A DNA stretch of 64,000 nucleotides from an uncultured delta proteobacterium (GTDB lineage: Bacteria > Desulfobacterota > Binatia > Binatales > Binataceae): the NCBI GenBank assembly GCA_963835905.1, contig CAWIHG010000003.1, positions 152,857 through 216,856 on the forward strand, in the 5' to 3' direction. The notes below the pieces were generated by a model. It was not told the DNA's origin, did not search any database, and saw only the letters and a list, made by a program, of their open reading frames with translations. The translations under genes were made by a program, and so were the position numbers. Of the stretch, positions 1 to 9,267 are shown one piece after another. How positions within the stretch are numbered: the stretch's first letter is position 1; each line of letters opens with the position of its first letter.

Positions 1-261
1 ACTGCCCATTCGCTTGACTCCCTCGGGAATCTGCTTCAGGTCCATCCCGACCGAAAAGTTCTCGCTCCCCGCGCCGCGGATGACGATGGCGCGCACGCCG
101 CGGTCGTCGGCGACGCGTGCGATCTCCGCCTCGAGCGCGTCCATAAAATCCAGCCCCATTCGGTTGCGCGGATGATCGTTGATCACCAGCGTCTCGATCG
201 GTCCATCGCGTTCGATCAGCAGCGGAGCCCTGGTCGCGTTCCCGTCAGCGGACATCGGCAT
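1..261 (-). CDS. enoyl-CoA hydratase/isomerase (crotonase) family protein, partial (3' end lies beyond window start)
   Basis: Minus-strand translation starting at ATG 261 reads MPMSADGNATRAPLLIERDGPIETLVINDHPRNRMGLDFMDALE...IRGAGSENFSVGMDLKQ. This is the crotonase N-terminal fold with an oxyanion-hole-like GAGxxFxxGxDL segment. The frame stays open to position 1. Confidence 0.55.
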   Translation of the reverse strand, partial: MPMSADGNATRAPLLIERDGPIETLVINDHPRNRMGLDFMDALEAEIARVADDRGVRAIVIRGAGSENFSVGMDLKQIPEGVKRMGS

Positions 262-436
262 GCCTCCTACTACGCACCGGATGTTTAATTCGCAAGCCCG
301 GCTCGCGCATCGGGTGCGCGGCGGCGTGCGAGGCCGCCTGCCGGGTCAGTCGCGCGATTAATCGTCTGCTCGAATCGATTGAAGTCCATCGCGTGATCCC
401 CGCGGCTCCGGGCGATTCGCGACTGCGCGGTTCATT

Positions 437-1030
437 CTATGGCAGCAGCAGCCGCGCCACGTACTCCGCGTGCGATTCGATGGCCTTCGTGGTCTTTGGA
501 TTCATCCCGGTAAGAGCCCGGCACTCGGGCGCCATCGCGAATATCAGCGAGCCGGCCCCGGCCAGGACATAGTACGCATGTGGAAGCGCGTCCGGTTCGA
601 TTCCCGCACCGCCGAATCGGCTGAATTGCCGGTAGATCGGCTTCAAATGCTTTCTCACCAGCCACTTCATTCGTTCGCTGGAACCCTTGCCCTCGTCGAT
701 CATTATCCGGAAGAGCTCCGGGTGCGCAGCGGCAAAGCGGACGTAGACCTTGATTGCCTCGCGGGTGCGTTCGCGCGGATCGGATGGTCCGGGCGCGCTC
801 ACTTCCGCGGAGACCATGACGCGCAAATCCGAAAAAATCCGGTCCGTCGCCGCGCGCCAGAGATCTTCCTTCGACTTGAAGTGATAGGTAAGCAGGCCCT
901 GGTTGACTCCGGCCCGCTGCGCGATGTCGCGGGTGCTCGCGCCGTGGAACCCAAATTCCGCAAAAGCCGGAATCGCGGCGGCGATTATCCGCTGCCTGGT
1001 CTGCTCGCGCTGCTTCTCCCGCGTCGACAT
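437..1030 (-). CDS. TetR/AcrR family transcriptional regulator
   Basis: ORF 437..1054. The N-terminal HTH region ...REQTRQRIIAAAIPAFAEFGFHGASTRDIAQRAGVNQGLLTYHFKSKEDLW is a classic TetR signature. Start taken as MSTREKQ (ATG ~1030). Confidence 0.8.
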   Translation of the reverse strand: MSTREKQREQTRQRIIAAAIPAFAEFGFHGASTRDIAQRAGVNQGLLTYHFKSKEDLWRAATDRIFSDLRVMVSAEVSAPGPSDPRERTREAIKVYVRFAAAHPELFRIMIDEGKGSSERMKWLVRKHLKPIYRQFSRFGGAGIEPDALPHAYYVLAGAGSLIFAMAPECRALTGMNPKTTKAIESHAEYVARLLLP

Positions 1031-1162
1031 AAACAACCCCTGGTCACTTGACAAGCGACTGGAAAATTCTTATCTAATCAACAGTCATTGGTCAATCGAC
1101 AAGTGAAAGCCGCGCCCGGGCCGGAACCGCAACCGCTCGGGCGCATCGAAGGAGACCCGGAA

Positions 1163-1960
1163 ATGATGGAGCTTTACCACTTCGGAATGTCGACCTGTTC
1201 GCAGAAAGTGCGCCTGGTCTTTGCCGAGAAGGGGATCGAGTTCGTCTCGCGAGAAGTCAATCTCGCGGCCGGAGAGCAGCATCAGCCCGAATACGTGAAG
1301 CTCAATCCGATGCACGTGGTCCCGACTTTGGTCGACGACGGCGAAGTGTTCGTCGAGTCCTCGCTGATCATCCGCTATCTCGACGATCTGCCGGGGACCA
1401 GGCCGATGCAGCCCGCCGCCGCCGCGGGGCGCTACCGCGTCTCCTGGTGGCTCAACTACGTCGACAAGAAAGTCCATCCGCAGGCGCCGAGCCTTACCTT
1501 CGCGATCGGGCCCCGGGACGCCATCCTTCGGCAACCCAAAGAAGTGATCGATGCGAGCATCGCCGGAATTCAGGATCCCGTCGAGCGCGCGGCCCGCAGG
1601 AGCGTCATCGAGCAGGGCATCGAGTCACCGGAATTCGTCGCGGCGCTGAAGGAATTCCTGACCATGACAAAACTGATGGAAGCGCAGCTGGCCGAGAGCC
1701 GATGGATTTCCGGCGAACGCTTCGGACTGGCCGACGCCACGGTTACTCCTTACATCCTTCGAATGGACCAGATGGGAATGACGCCCATGATCGCCGCGGC
1801 CGCGACCCCGCGTCTTAGCGAGTGGTTCGCGCGCGTCCAGGCGCTGCCGAGCTACAAGACCGCCGTCGACGATTGGATGATTCCCGGCTTGGCCGGAATG
1901 TTCCGCGAAAAGGGAGAAGCGCTGTGGCCTGAGGTAGAGCGGATCATGCGCACCATCTGA
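1163..1960 (+). CDS. glutathione S-transferase family protein
   Basis: ORF 1088..1960. From MMELYHFGMSTCSQKVRLVFAEKGIEF...VVPTLVDDGEVFVESSLIIRYLDD (GST N-terminal thioredoxin-like domain) followed by a C-terminal helical domain. Start chosen at the ATG preceding ELYHF. Confidence 0.8.
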   Translation: MMELYHFGMSTCSQKVRLVFAEKGIEFVSREVNLAAGEQHQPEYVKLNPMHVVPTLVDDGEVFVESSLIIRYLDDLPGTRPMQPAAAAGRYRVSWWLNYVDKKVHPQAPSLTFAIGPRDAILRQPKEVIDASIAGIQDPVERAARRSVIEQGIESPEFVAALKEFLTMTKLMEAQLAESRWISGERFGLADATVTPYILRMDQMGMTPMIAAAATPRLSEWFARVQALPSYKTAVDDWMIPGLAGMFREKGEALWPEVERIMRTI

Positions 1961-2010
1961 GCAGGCATCCGGCCGCAACCGGCAAACGCAAATCAGCGAC
2001 AGGTCATCGG

Positions 2011-3588
2011 TTGAATCGCGCAACTCAAAAGAACCGCCTTCCCGATCGAGTCGATGTCCTCATTGTCGGAGGAGGCCCGACCGGCCTGGTCATGTCGGGC
2101 CCGCTATCTCAACTTGGCGTTTCCAATCTGGTCGTCGAACGCAAACCGGCGCTGCCCGCGCATCCCGCGGCGCATGTGATGCGCCAACGCTCGATGGCGA
2201 TTCTCTCGCTGCTGGGATTGGACGATTCGCTCCGGGCAGTCACGCCGGACCTCCGCATCGACTACATCACGTGGTGCGCCACACTTGCCGGAAAGGAGAT
2301 CGGCAAGCTCGATCTAAGAACCGAGCCGGCGGCCTGTGTGCGTGCGCGCGGCTATCCCTGGACGAACATCCCGCAAAATCTGCTGCAACCGGTCCTCTTT
2401 GCCAACGTGTCGGCGCGCCGGCGTGCAACAATCGCCATGGGCGTTGAATGCGTCGGTATCGAGAACCGGCCGGATTACGCAGTCGCGCGCCTGGCGACGC
2501 CGGACAGTGCCGCCGAGTATCAAGTCAGGGCGTCATGGGTAATCGCGGCGGACGGCGCGGGCAGCCCGACCCGTGCGATGCTGGGGATTCCCATGGAAGG
2601 TCCCGGTCCGTTCGCCAAATTCTTTATGGTCCATTTCGCAGCCGATTTGCGCGCGCTTATCGAAGGACGCTCGGGGCCGCTTTACTTCATTCAGAATCCC
2701 GAGTCTCCCGGCGTGTTGATCGTACACGAGCCGGATCGCTCGTCGGTCTTTATGACGCCAGTGCTTGGATCGGCGAACGAAGAAGACCAACTCCGCCAAC
2801 GCCTCGAAGCGGCGCTCGGAATATCCATACCAATTGAAATACTAAGTGTCCGAAACTGGGTTGCTCAAGAACAAGTTGCCGCGCGATATCGCGAGGGCCG
2901 CGCGCTGCTGATCGGCGATGCGGCTCATCGCTTCCCGCCGACCGGGGGCCTGGGTCTGAACACCGGTATCGTCGAGGCGCACAATCTGGCCTGGAAACTT
3001 GCTTTGGTGTTGAACGGGAAGGCTGGCGAAGCGCTGCTCAACAGTTATGAAGCGGAATGCAGGCCGGCGGCTCAGGCCAACGCGAAAGACAGCCTCGACA
3101 ACCAGATGCGCCTGGGCCTCATTGGTCAGGCGCTCGGTCACTTCGCCGATCTGAAGAGTCTTGACGCCAGGCTCGAAACGATTAGCGACGACGAAAGGGC
3201 GCGTCTGCAATTAGCTGTCGACAGCCAGCGCACCCACTTCACTTCCAACGGCACAATGCCCGCTTCGGCGCGACCGTCGTCGGTGAACAAGCTCGGCCCG
3301 GTGGTATCGCCCTACGGCGTGTTTCGGCTCGCCGCGCGCACTTGCGATCCATGGAAGGAGATAGCCAGTCGGATGTCGTCCGAGCTGGGTGTCGAGGTCA
3401 TGTTCGAGCGCCTCGATTCGGACAGAGAAAGTGACCTCGCGGGATGGATGAGTCGTCAGCAGGCTATCTTTGAACGGCCCGACGGGATCATCGAATGGTC
3501 GGCCGAAACCGCCGGCGACGACTCCGGGGCCGATCTTCGGCGTGTGATGAAGGATATTCTGGTTCGCGACGAAGCACTGGAGAAATGA
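2011..3588 (+). CDS. FAD-dependent aromatic-ring monooxygenase (PheA/TfdB-type phenol hydroxylase family)
   Basis: 525 aa. Contains the VLIVGGGPTGL dinucleotide-binding motif and the GDAAHRFPPTGGLGLNTGIVEAHNLAWKL FAD-binding signature, plus a C-terminal thioredoxin-like extension typical of this family. Confidence 0.85.
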   Translation: MNRATQKNRLPDRVDVLIVGGGPTGLVMSGPLSQLGVSNLVVERKPALPAHPAAHVMRQRSMAILSLLGLDDSLRAVTPDLRIDYITWCATLAGKEIGKLDLRTEPAACVRARGYPWTNIPQNLLQPVLFANVSARRRATIAMGVECVGIENRPDYAVARLATPDSAAEYQVRASWVIAADGAGSPTRAMLGIPMEGPGPFAKFFMVHFAADLRALIEGRSGPLYFIQNPESPGVLIVHEPDRSSVFMTPVLGSANEEDQLRQRLEAALGISIPIEILSVRNWVAQEQVAARYREGRALLIGDAAHRFPPTGGLGLNTGIVEAHNLAWKLALVLNGKAGEALLNSYEAECRPAAQANAKDSLDNQMRLGLIGQALGHFADLKSLDARLETISDDERARLQLAVDSQRTHFTSNGTMPASARPSSVNKLGPVVSPYGVFRLAARTCDPWKEIASRMSSELGVEVMFERLDSDRESDLAGWMSRQQAIFERPDGIIEWSAETAGDDSGADLRRVMKDILVRDEALEK

Positions 3589-3637
3589 GCGGCGTGGCAG
3601 CCGCGGTGACCGCCAACACTGAAGGAAAAAAGTTGTC

Positions 3638-4522
3638 ATGGCTGTAGAACGTCTTGGATATGTGGGATTCGAAGTTCCGAACATCGCCGACTGGTCATCC
3701 TTCTTTACAGACGTCGTCGGCCTTATGCCGGGCGAAGACTGCCCGGATGGATCCCGTACCTATCGCCTCGACGAATATGCACAGCGATTTATTGTGTCGG
3801 AGGGCCCCGGCGACGATGTCGCCTTCGTCGGTTGGGAAGTCAAAGACGCAGCCGCGCTCGATGCGATGCGAGAGAAGCTCGCGAAGGCCGGCGTGGCGAT
3901 CGCGGACGGCGGCCGCGCGCTGGCCGAGAGCCGTCGGGTGGAAAGCCTGGTCTCCTTTGACGACCCCAACGGCATCCGCACGGAGATCTTCTGGGGGCCG
4001 TCAATCGCAGCGGCCGCGTTTCACTCACCGCAGGTGCCCGACGGCTTCGTCACCGGCGAATGCGGCCTCGGCCATGTCGTGTTCGGTGTGAAGGACTGGC
4101 AGCAGACGCACGACTTTTACACCAGGGTCATGGGCCTGCGCCTGTCTGACTATATCAGGGCCGAGCCGGTGCCGGGCATCAATGTTCACGTGACGTTCCT
4201 GCACGCGAACCCGCGACACCATTCCTACGCGTTCCTGGTCCCGCCGTTCCCGTTTCCAAAGAAGCTTCAGCACTTCATGATTGAAGCGCGGAATATGTCC
4301 GCCGTCGGCGAGGCCTTTGATCGCGCTCGCGACCGCGGCACGCCGATCGCGATGTCGCTGGGACATCATCCCAATGACAAGACCTTTTCCTTTTACTCAC
4401 GGACGCCGAACGGAATCGAAATCGAGATCGGTTGGGGAGCGGCGCTGATCGACGACGATGTGTGGCAGCCCCGCACGTACAGCCAGCTTAGCGATTGGGG
4501 CCATCGCCGCGGCGGCGCCTGA
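3638..4522 (+). CDS. extradiol ring-cleavage dioxygenase (type I, two-domain VOC/glyoxalase fold; catechol/dihydroxybiphenyl dioxygenase-like)
   Basis: 294 aa with two tandem VOC modules (LGYVGFEV... and LGHVVFGVKDW...). Conserved His/Glu metal ligands are in BphC/XylE-like positions. The gene sits directly downstream of the monooxygenase. Confidence 0.85.
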   Translation: MAVERLGYVGFEVPNIADWSSFFTDVVGLMPGEDCPDGSRTYRLDEYAQRFIVSEGPGDDVAFVGWEVKDAAALDAMREKLAKAGVAIADGGRALAESRRVESLVSFDDPNGIRTEIFWGPSIAAAAFHSPQVPDGFVTGECGLGHVVFGVKDWQQTHDFYTRVMGLRLSDYIRAEPVPGINVHVTFLHANPRHHSYAFLVPPFPFPKKLQHFMIEARNMSAVGEAFDRARDRGTPIAMSLGHHPNDKTFSFYSRTPNGIEIEIGWGAALIDDDVWQPRTYSQLSDWGHRRGGA

Positions 4523-4607
4523 GACGGCTCGCTCCTTCGATGTGGAATTCGCCGGACCTCGCAGGCGCGCTCCGCCGCGAGATGAGACCGCCGCGCCGTA
4601 GCGCGCG

Positions 4608-5507
4608 TCAGCGCTTCATGCGCGCTTCCATCTCCTCGAGCGTCTTGGGCCAGTCCTGATGCAGCAGGCGCGAGATCGCGCGATCGGCGAGCAATCGCCC
4701 GCCGGTCTGGCATCGCGCGCAGTAATTGGTCTCGTTGCTGGCGTGGCGAATTCGCTGCACCTTTGCGCCGCATCGCGGGCACGGCTGTCCGTAGCGGCCG
4801 TGCACGGCCATCTCGGGTCGGAACGCGGTGACGTTTTCGGGAAATTCGCCAGCCGCCTCGGTGCGCAGCCGCTCGGTCCGTTCGGCGAGCGTCGCGCGGG
4901 TGGCGTCATAAAGCCGCGCGATTTCCGCGTCGCCGAGCTTCTGCGTCATCGCGACCGGCGAGAGCATCGCGCAATGCAGTATCTCGTCCGAGTATGCATT
5001 GCCTATTCCACTGAAAATGCCCGGGTCGGTGAGCGAGCGTTTGAGGGTGTGATTCTCCGCGCGCAACGCCGCCGCGAATGCTGCCGGAGTCGCATCGAGC
5101 GGCTCGATTCCGCCCGCGCTGAGCGCCGCGAGCCCGGCCTCGCCGCGCACCAGGTGCAGGGCGGCGCGCCGCTGGGTGCCCGCTTCGGTCAGCGACAGCC
5201 AGCCGCTCGCAAACTCGAACGCCGCGAGCATGTTGCGGCTGCCCATCTTGGGCGCGGCGGCGGTCCAATGGAGTCGGCCCGCGATCATCAGGTGCAGCAC
5301 CATCCACAGATCGCCCTCGAAGCCGATCGCGATTCGCTTTCCCACGCGCCGGACCTCGCGCACGGTGAGCCCGTGGGCGGCGGCGAGCGGAGGGTCGGCG
5401 GAGCGGAGCAGAAAAAGCGACTTTACGATCGCGCGAACAAGGGTATGGCCGCGCACTCGCGCATCGATCGCTTCCACGTACACGGTAACATCGGGTAGTT
5501 CCGGCAT
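4608..5507 (-). CDS. formamidopyrimidine-DNA glycosylase / endonuclease VIII family (Fpg/Nei) DNA glycosylase
   Basis: 299 aa starting MPELPDV (Fpg/Nei catalytic N-terminus: Pro2, Glu3). H2TH region present. C-terminal zinc finger CPRCGAKVQRIRHASNETNYCARCQ. Assignment to MutM versus Nei cannot be resolved from sequence alone. Confidence 0.9.
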   Translation of the reverse strand: MPELPDVTVYVEAIDARVRGHTLVRAIVKSLFLLRSADPPLAAAHGLTVREVRRVGKRIAIGFEGDLWMVLHLMIAGRLHWTAAAPKMGSRNMLAAFEFASGWLSLTEAGTQRRAALHLVRGEAGLAALSAGGIEPLDATPAAFAAALRAENHTLKRSLTDPGIFSGIGNAYSDEILHCAMLSPVAMTQKLGDAEIARLYDATRATLAERTERLRTEAAGEFPENVTAFRPEMAVHGRYGQPCPRCGAKVQRIRHASNETNYCARCQTGGRLLADRAISRLLHQDWPKTLEEMEARMKR

Positions 5508-5588
5508 GAGAAGTTCGCGCCCGGTCCCCGCAGGGCCCGGCGACTGTGCTACCCTTACCGCAAATTGCTCCGGCAGGGGATGCTATCG

Positions 5589-6005
5589 ATGAACTGGTAT
5601 CTCGCCAAGACTGATCCCGGCACCTATTCGATCGACGACCTCGCGCGCGAGGGCACGACCGCATGGGACGGCGTTACCAATGCGCAGGCGGTCAGCGCGA
5701 TTGCGGCGATGCGCCCCGGCGATCGCGTGTTTGTCTACCACAGCGGCGGCGAGACGGCGGTGGTCGGAGTTGCGGTGGTGAAATCGAAACCCCGCGACGA
5801 CGCGAAGAATCCGAAGTCGGCGATCGTCGATTTGAAATTCGCCGCGCGGATGGACCCGCCGATGACGCTCGCGGAAATCAGGAAGTCGCACAAGTTCGAC
5901 GATTGGGCGCTGGTGCGCCAGGGGCGGCTCTCCACGATGGCGGCGCCGGCGAGTTTCGCGGCATGGATGCGCACGCGGTATTCCAAGCTGAAAATATTGC
6001 GCTGA
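5589..6005 (+). CDS. EVE domain (PUA-like, modified-base-binding fold) protein
   Basis: MNWYLAKTDPGTYSIDDLAREGTTAWDGVTNAQAVSAIAAMRPGDRVFVYHSGGE...VVGVAVV matches the EVE/Thyn1 family core. Start at ATG 5589, 81 bp from the divergent Fpg start. Confidence 0.75.
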   Translation: MNWYLAKTDPGTYSIDDLAREGTTAWDGVTNAQAVSAIAAMRPGDRVFVYHSGGETAVVGVAVVKSKPRDDAKNPKSAIVDLKFAARMDPPMTLAEIRKSHKFDDWALVRQGRLSTMAAPASFAAWMRTRYSKLKILR

Positions 6006-6060
6006 CGCGGCGACGGACGCGGGCGCGGGCGCGGACGGAAGGAACCGGGGTGCTATGCAA

Positions 6061-6078
6061 AGGATTGCGTAGAATGAC
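6061..6078 (+). repeat. 18-bp direct repeat copy 1 (AGGATTGCGTAGAATGAC)
   Basis: Exact 18-mer also present at 9250..9267. The flanking ~20 bp are also similar (GGATGATCG versus GGTGATCG). Confidence 0.8.
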
Positions 6079-6133
6079 GCCAAAGGATGATCGATCGCGT
6101 CGCCGTCAGTATTCGCGGAGCGCCCGTCGCGTG

Positions 6134-7747
6134 TCAGGGGAAGGACGCGCGCGGTGAATTGCCACTGACGGGCGAAGAGAATCTGGACGCGGCGGAAGAT
6201 CCCGCGCGCGCGAATACCGCGGCGACGCCGTCGCGGTATATGAGCTTCCAGTTGCGATTACGCATCACCACGCCGTAAGCCCTGGCATTCGGGGGCACCA
6301 ACACAAACTCAGTCGGATATCCGGTCAGTGCGCGCTCGGCCCCGGACCGGTCCATATAAAAGTCAAGGTAATCTTTCAGAACATTGTCTGGATATACAAT
6401 CTCTGCGCGCTGGTCGATAAAGATCTTGCTATCCGGCGACATGTGCCACATTACGTAACTGGCCCATGGAAACGCGCTCAGGATATTTCCCTGGATTCCG
6501 CTGCGCTTCATGAACGAGACCGCGCCAACCGGATAACGGAATCCGAGCTTCATCTTGAGACTGTTCGACATCAGGCCGCCCCACCACGCAAGCGCCACAA
6601 TCAGAACTGCGGCCACTATCCTGTTGAAGCCGGTATCCGGGGCGCGCGTCCGGTCCGCCGATGCGCGCCGCGCGAAGTACAATCCTGCGTGGTATGCAAG
6701 CGGTACAGCCACCACTATTTCGGCAAGCGATGCGAATCGCATGGTGTGGAACGTGGCCACGATGAAGACAGCCGAAACGGCGAGGAGCGGGAGATCGTCC
6801 CACGAACAGGCAAGCGCCACGAATGCTCCCAGGGCCACGAAAATTGCGAGCGGTACAACCACGTCAACCAGAATGTCGCCGGCCGAACCCGCGCCCCAGT
6901 CGTTGACCAGCGTCTTGAGCAGCGGCTGCCAATCGAGCATTGCCGTGTGCCAGGTGGAATCCGCGGTTGAACTGAGGACGCCGGTCCACGCATGGAACCC
7001 TAACGGGTTGACCAACGTCGCAAGCGCACAGGCCGCGGTCACAGCCCCGAGCTTGACCGCGCGGCGCGACGATCCCGAACGCAGCAAATCGACCACACCG
7101 GTCGCTGCCGCGAATACGCCCATCGCTCCCAGTCCCGCCACAAAGCCGCCGTGGAGATTCGCCCACAGCGCAAACGCGGGCACCATCAGCCATAGCGACC
7201 GGGCCGGTCCGCGAAACGTCTCGCGCGCCAGAAGCGCCATTTCGAGCGCCAGCAGCGCGAAGGTGAAAATCTGGGGCCTGAACAGCATGTTTGGCTCGAC
7301 CGCAACCGCGGTCAGGATGAGGATTGCACGCTGTACACTGCCCGAAGCCCCAGTCTCCGCAAGCGCGAGAACCAGGAAAACGATAGTCGCGCCGACGCAC
7401 AAAAACTTGAGCGCGAGCAGCCCTCTGACAGCTATCGCGTCATAGCAGACGGCCATCAGAACCTGCGCCAGCCATTCGTGGTTCCGGACCGGAAGACCGT
7501 ACACGGTGTAAGAGTAGATATCGTGAATATGTGCGGTGCCGGTTTGCAGTATCTGACGACCCGAAAGAATCAGGCGCCAGAGGTCGGGATTGGCGTAATT
7601 CTCGATGCCCGCCACCACTGCGGCGAGCAGCACAAAAAGCGGCGAGGACTTGAGGAGATTTACGCGAGCCGGGTCGATCGGCGTCGCAGCGGCACCGGAG
7701 ACTTCGGCATCTGACGGATTCGTGGCCTTCGACAGACCCACTGACAT
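6134..7747 (-). CDS. polytopic integral membrane protein of unknown function (possible GT-C-fold glycosyltransferase-like)
   Basis: ORF 6134..7774. About 10 predicted TM helices followed by a ~150-aa soluble C-terminal domain (…YPDNVLKDYLDFYMDRSGAERALTGYPTEFVLVPPNARAYGVVMRNRNWKLIYRDG…). ATG at 7747 preferred over the upstream TTG. No confident family assignment. Confidence 0.5.
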   Translation of the reverse strand: MSVGLSKATNPSDAEVSGAAATPIDPARVNLLKSSPLFVLLAAVVAGIENYANPDLWRLILSGRQILQTGTAHIHDIYSYTVYGLPVRNHEWLAQVLMAVCYDAIAVRGLLALKFLCVGATIVFLVLALAETGASGSVQRAILILTAVAVEPNMLFRPQIFTFALLALEMALLARETFRGPARSLWLMVPAFALWANLHGGFVAGLGAMGVFAAATGVVDLLRSGSSRRAVKLGAVTAACALATLVNPLGFHAWTGVLSSTADSTWHTAMLDWQPLLKTLVNDWGAGSAGDILVDVVVPLAIFVALGAFVALACSWDDLPLLAVSAVFIVATFHTMRFASLAEIVVAVPLAYHAGLYFARRASADRTRAPDTGFNRIVAAVLIVALAWWGGLMSNSLKMKLGFRYPVGAVSFMKRSGIQGNILSAFPWASYVMWHMSPDSKIFIDQRAEIVYPDNVLKDYLDFYMDRSGAERALTGYPTEFVLVPPNARAYGVVMRNRNWKLIYRDGVAAVFARAGSSAASRFSSPVSGNSPRASFP

Positions 7748-7967
7748 GCCCCCGGGCTTCAGCCGGGATCCCAATCTTTGGACTTCAATTGCAACTGCCC
7801 GTATAGGTCGGACGGGCTACCGTTGCAAGATTCCGGATTCGGGAGCGACGCTTCGACCTCTCCCGATGAGCGGTGCGCGCCAGCTTCCCCGCATCGGGGA
7901 GGCTGGCGCGCGCGAGTCGATTTGAAAAAGGAGTGGCGGCGCTGGAAGCCTGCCGCAGCCGTCCGCG

Positions 7968-8993
7968 CTACGCCTTCTTCTTCGGATGAGGCGGGCCCAG
8001 GTATGGAAACTCCTTCAAGGTATCGGTATGCGGTCCCAGTCCGTCGGGCGGAATATCGCCCTTGGAAATGAACGCGAGCCGATGCGCCACCACGTGATCG
8101 GTGAAGGTGCGCCCGTTGGGAAAGCCGGCCGGCTGGGACGGATTGTATAGCATCACGTCGGGCAGCAGCCGGTCCTGGTCGATCGCCGCGATCGCCTCCT
8201 CGCGCGTGTAGCCGCCGGTATGTCCGAGCACGTGCACGAACTGCTCGAGAAAGTGCTCGCGATCGTGGATCGGTTCGTTGGCGTTGTACGCCTCCTTGGT
8301 TTCGTCGGTGTTGAAGAAGCTGGCTACGGTCGGATTTCCGTCGCGATCGACGTGGAGGAGCTGGCCGCCCTGCCGCACGCTGCATCGCCCCCAGATGTTC
8401 ACCTCGGGCTTTGCGCCGAGCGTGCTGGTCGGCAGCTCCAGCACAATCCCGAATACGTTCTCGTCGATGAGCCGGTCTTTTCCGGTCCACGGAGATTTGC
8501 CGCCGAGTTGCGGCTTGCCGGTGAAATTTCTGCCGCCCTTGGAATCGAACAGTTGCAGAATTCCCTCGAAGTCGACGAAAAACGCGTCGCTGCGCAGTCC
8601 CGCAAAGTAAGTGTAGGGGCCCGACCGCGCGATATTCGGCGTCGCGGTGAACGAGCATTGCGCGTCGGTGATAATCTTCTGGCCGACCGCCTCTGCCGAG
8701 CGCGCGTCGGCTCCAGTGGCAAGCAGGACGTTCCCGGTCTGCCGTCCGCCCTGCGCTTTGGAGAACACGAAACTGATCGCGACGTCGGTCAGCAGGTCGC
8801 CGTCGTTGTCGATATTGATCCGGTAGATCGCGTCGGGATGAAAGTCGGAGGCTTGGGCGAAGGTGTTGCAGTTGAGGATCAGAACCGTTCGCTGCGGGTC
8901 GGCCGGCGCCTGAAATGCGTAAAGGTCGGTGAGATCGAGCCGTTGATCGCCCTGGGGAGGTCCCAGCTTGAGGCCAGTGAAATGATTCGACAT
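7968..8993 (-). CDS. DUF4331-like hypothetical protein
   Basis: 341 aa: MSNHFTGLKLGPPQGDQRLDLTDLYAFQAP...NIDNDGDLLTDVAISFVF. This resembles the DUF4331 family. Recognition is from memory of the family, not from a search. Confidence 0.5.
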   Translation of the reverse strand: MSNHFTGLKLGPPQGDQRLDLTDLYAFQAPADPQRTVLILNCNTFAQASDFHPDAIYRINIDNDGDLLTDVAISFVFSKAQGGRQTGNVLLATGADARSAEAVGQKIITDAQCSFTATPNIARSGPYTYFAGLRSDAFFVDFEGILQLFDSKGGRNFTGKPQLGGKSPWTGKDRLIDENVFGIVLELPTSTLGAKPEVNIWGRCSVRQGGQLLHVDRDGNPTVASFFNTDETKEAYNANEPIHDREHFLEQFVHVLGHTGGYTREEAIAAIDQDRLLPDVMLYNPSQPAGFPNGRTFTDHVVAHRLAFISKGDIPPDGLGPHTDTLKEFPYLGPPHPKKKA

Positions 8994-9249
8994 CTTTTAC
9001 TCCTCTGCCAGTACGGGTTTCGTCGCTCTAACCATTTCAGATAACTCAATGTAGGAAAGGAGCCGCCGCTCCGCAAGGTTCGGCCGCGCCGCGCCCCGTA
9101 CCTCGAATTTGAGCCGTGTGAATCGCCTCTTTGGTCGCCACCAGATTCCCACCCGGCGTGCGCAATCGCAAGTGTGATTATTAACGATTGATATCAACCG
9201 GCTCGCCTGGCGGCGCTGCGCAGGGAAAAGGAGACGGGATTCCACGCAG

Positions 9250-9267
9250 AGGATTGCGTAGAATGAC
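9250..9267 (+). repeat. 18-bp direct repeat copy 2 (AGGATTGCGTAGAATGAC)
   Basis: Identical to 6061..6078. Lies 257 bp upstream of the DUF4331 gene start and ~200 bp left of the IS. Confidence 0.8.

Noticed and set aside
4659-5664. Long ORFs 4659..5498 (+, 279 aa) and 4906..5664 (-, 252 aa) overlapping the Fpg/Nei gene
   Set aside because: The translations are Arg/Ala/Gly-rich low-complexity strings typical of alternative frames in ~70% GC DNA. The Fpg/Nei frame has clear family motifs.
7860-7895. GCGCCAGCTTCCCC-gcatc-GGGGAGGCTGGCGC hairpin as a terminator for the DUF4331 gene
   Set aside because: No U-tract on either strand. It may just be a GC-rich palindrome between co-transcribed genes.
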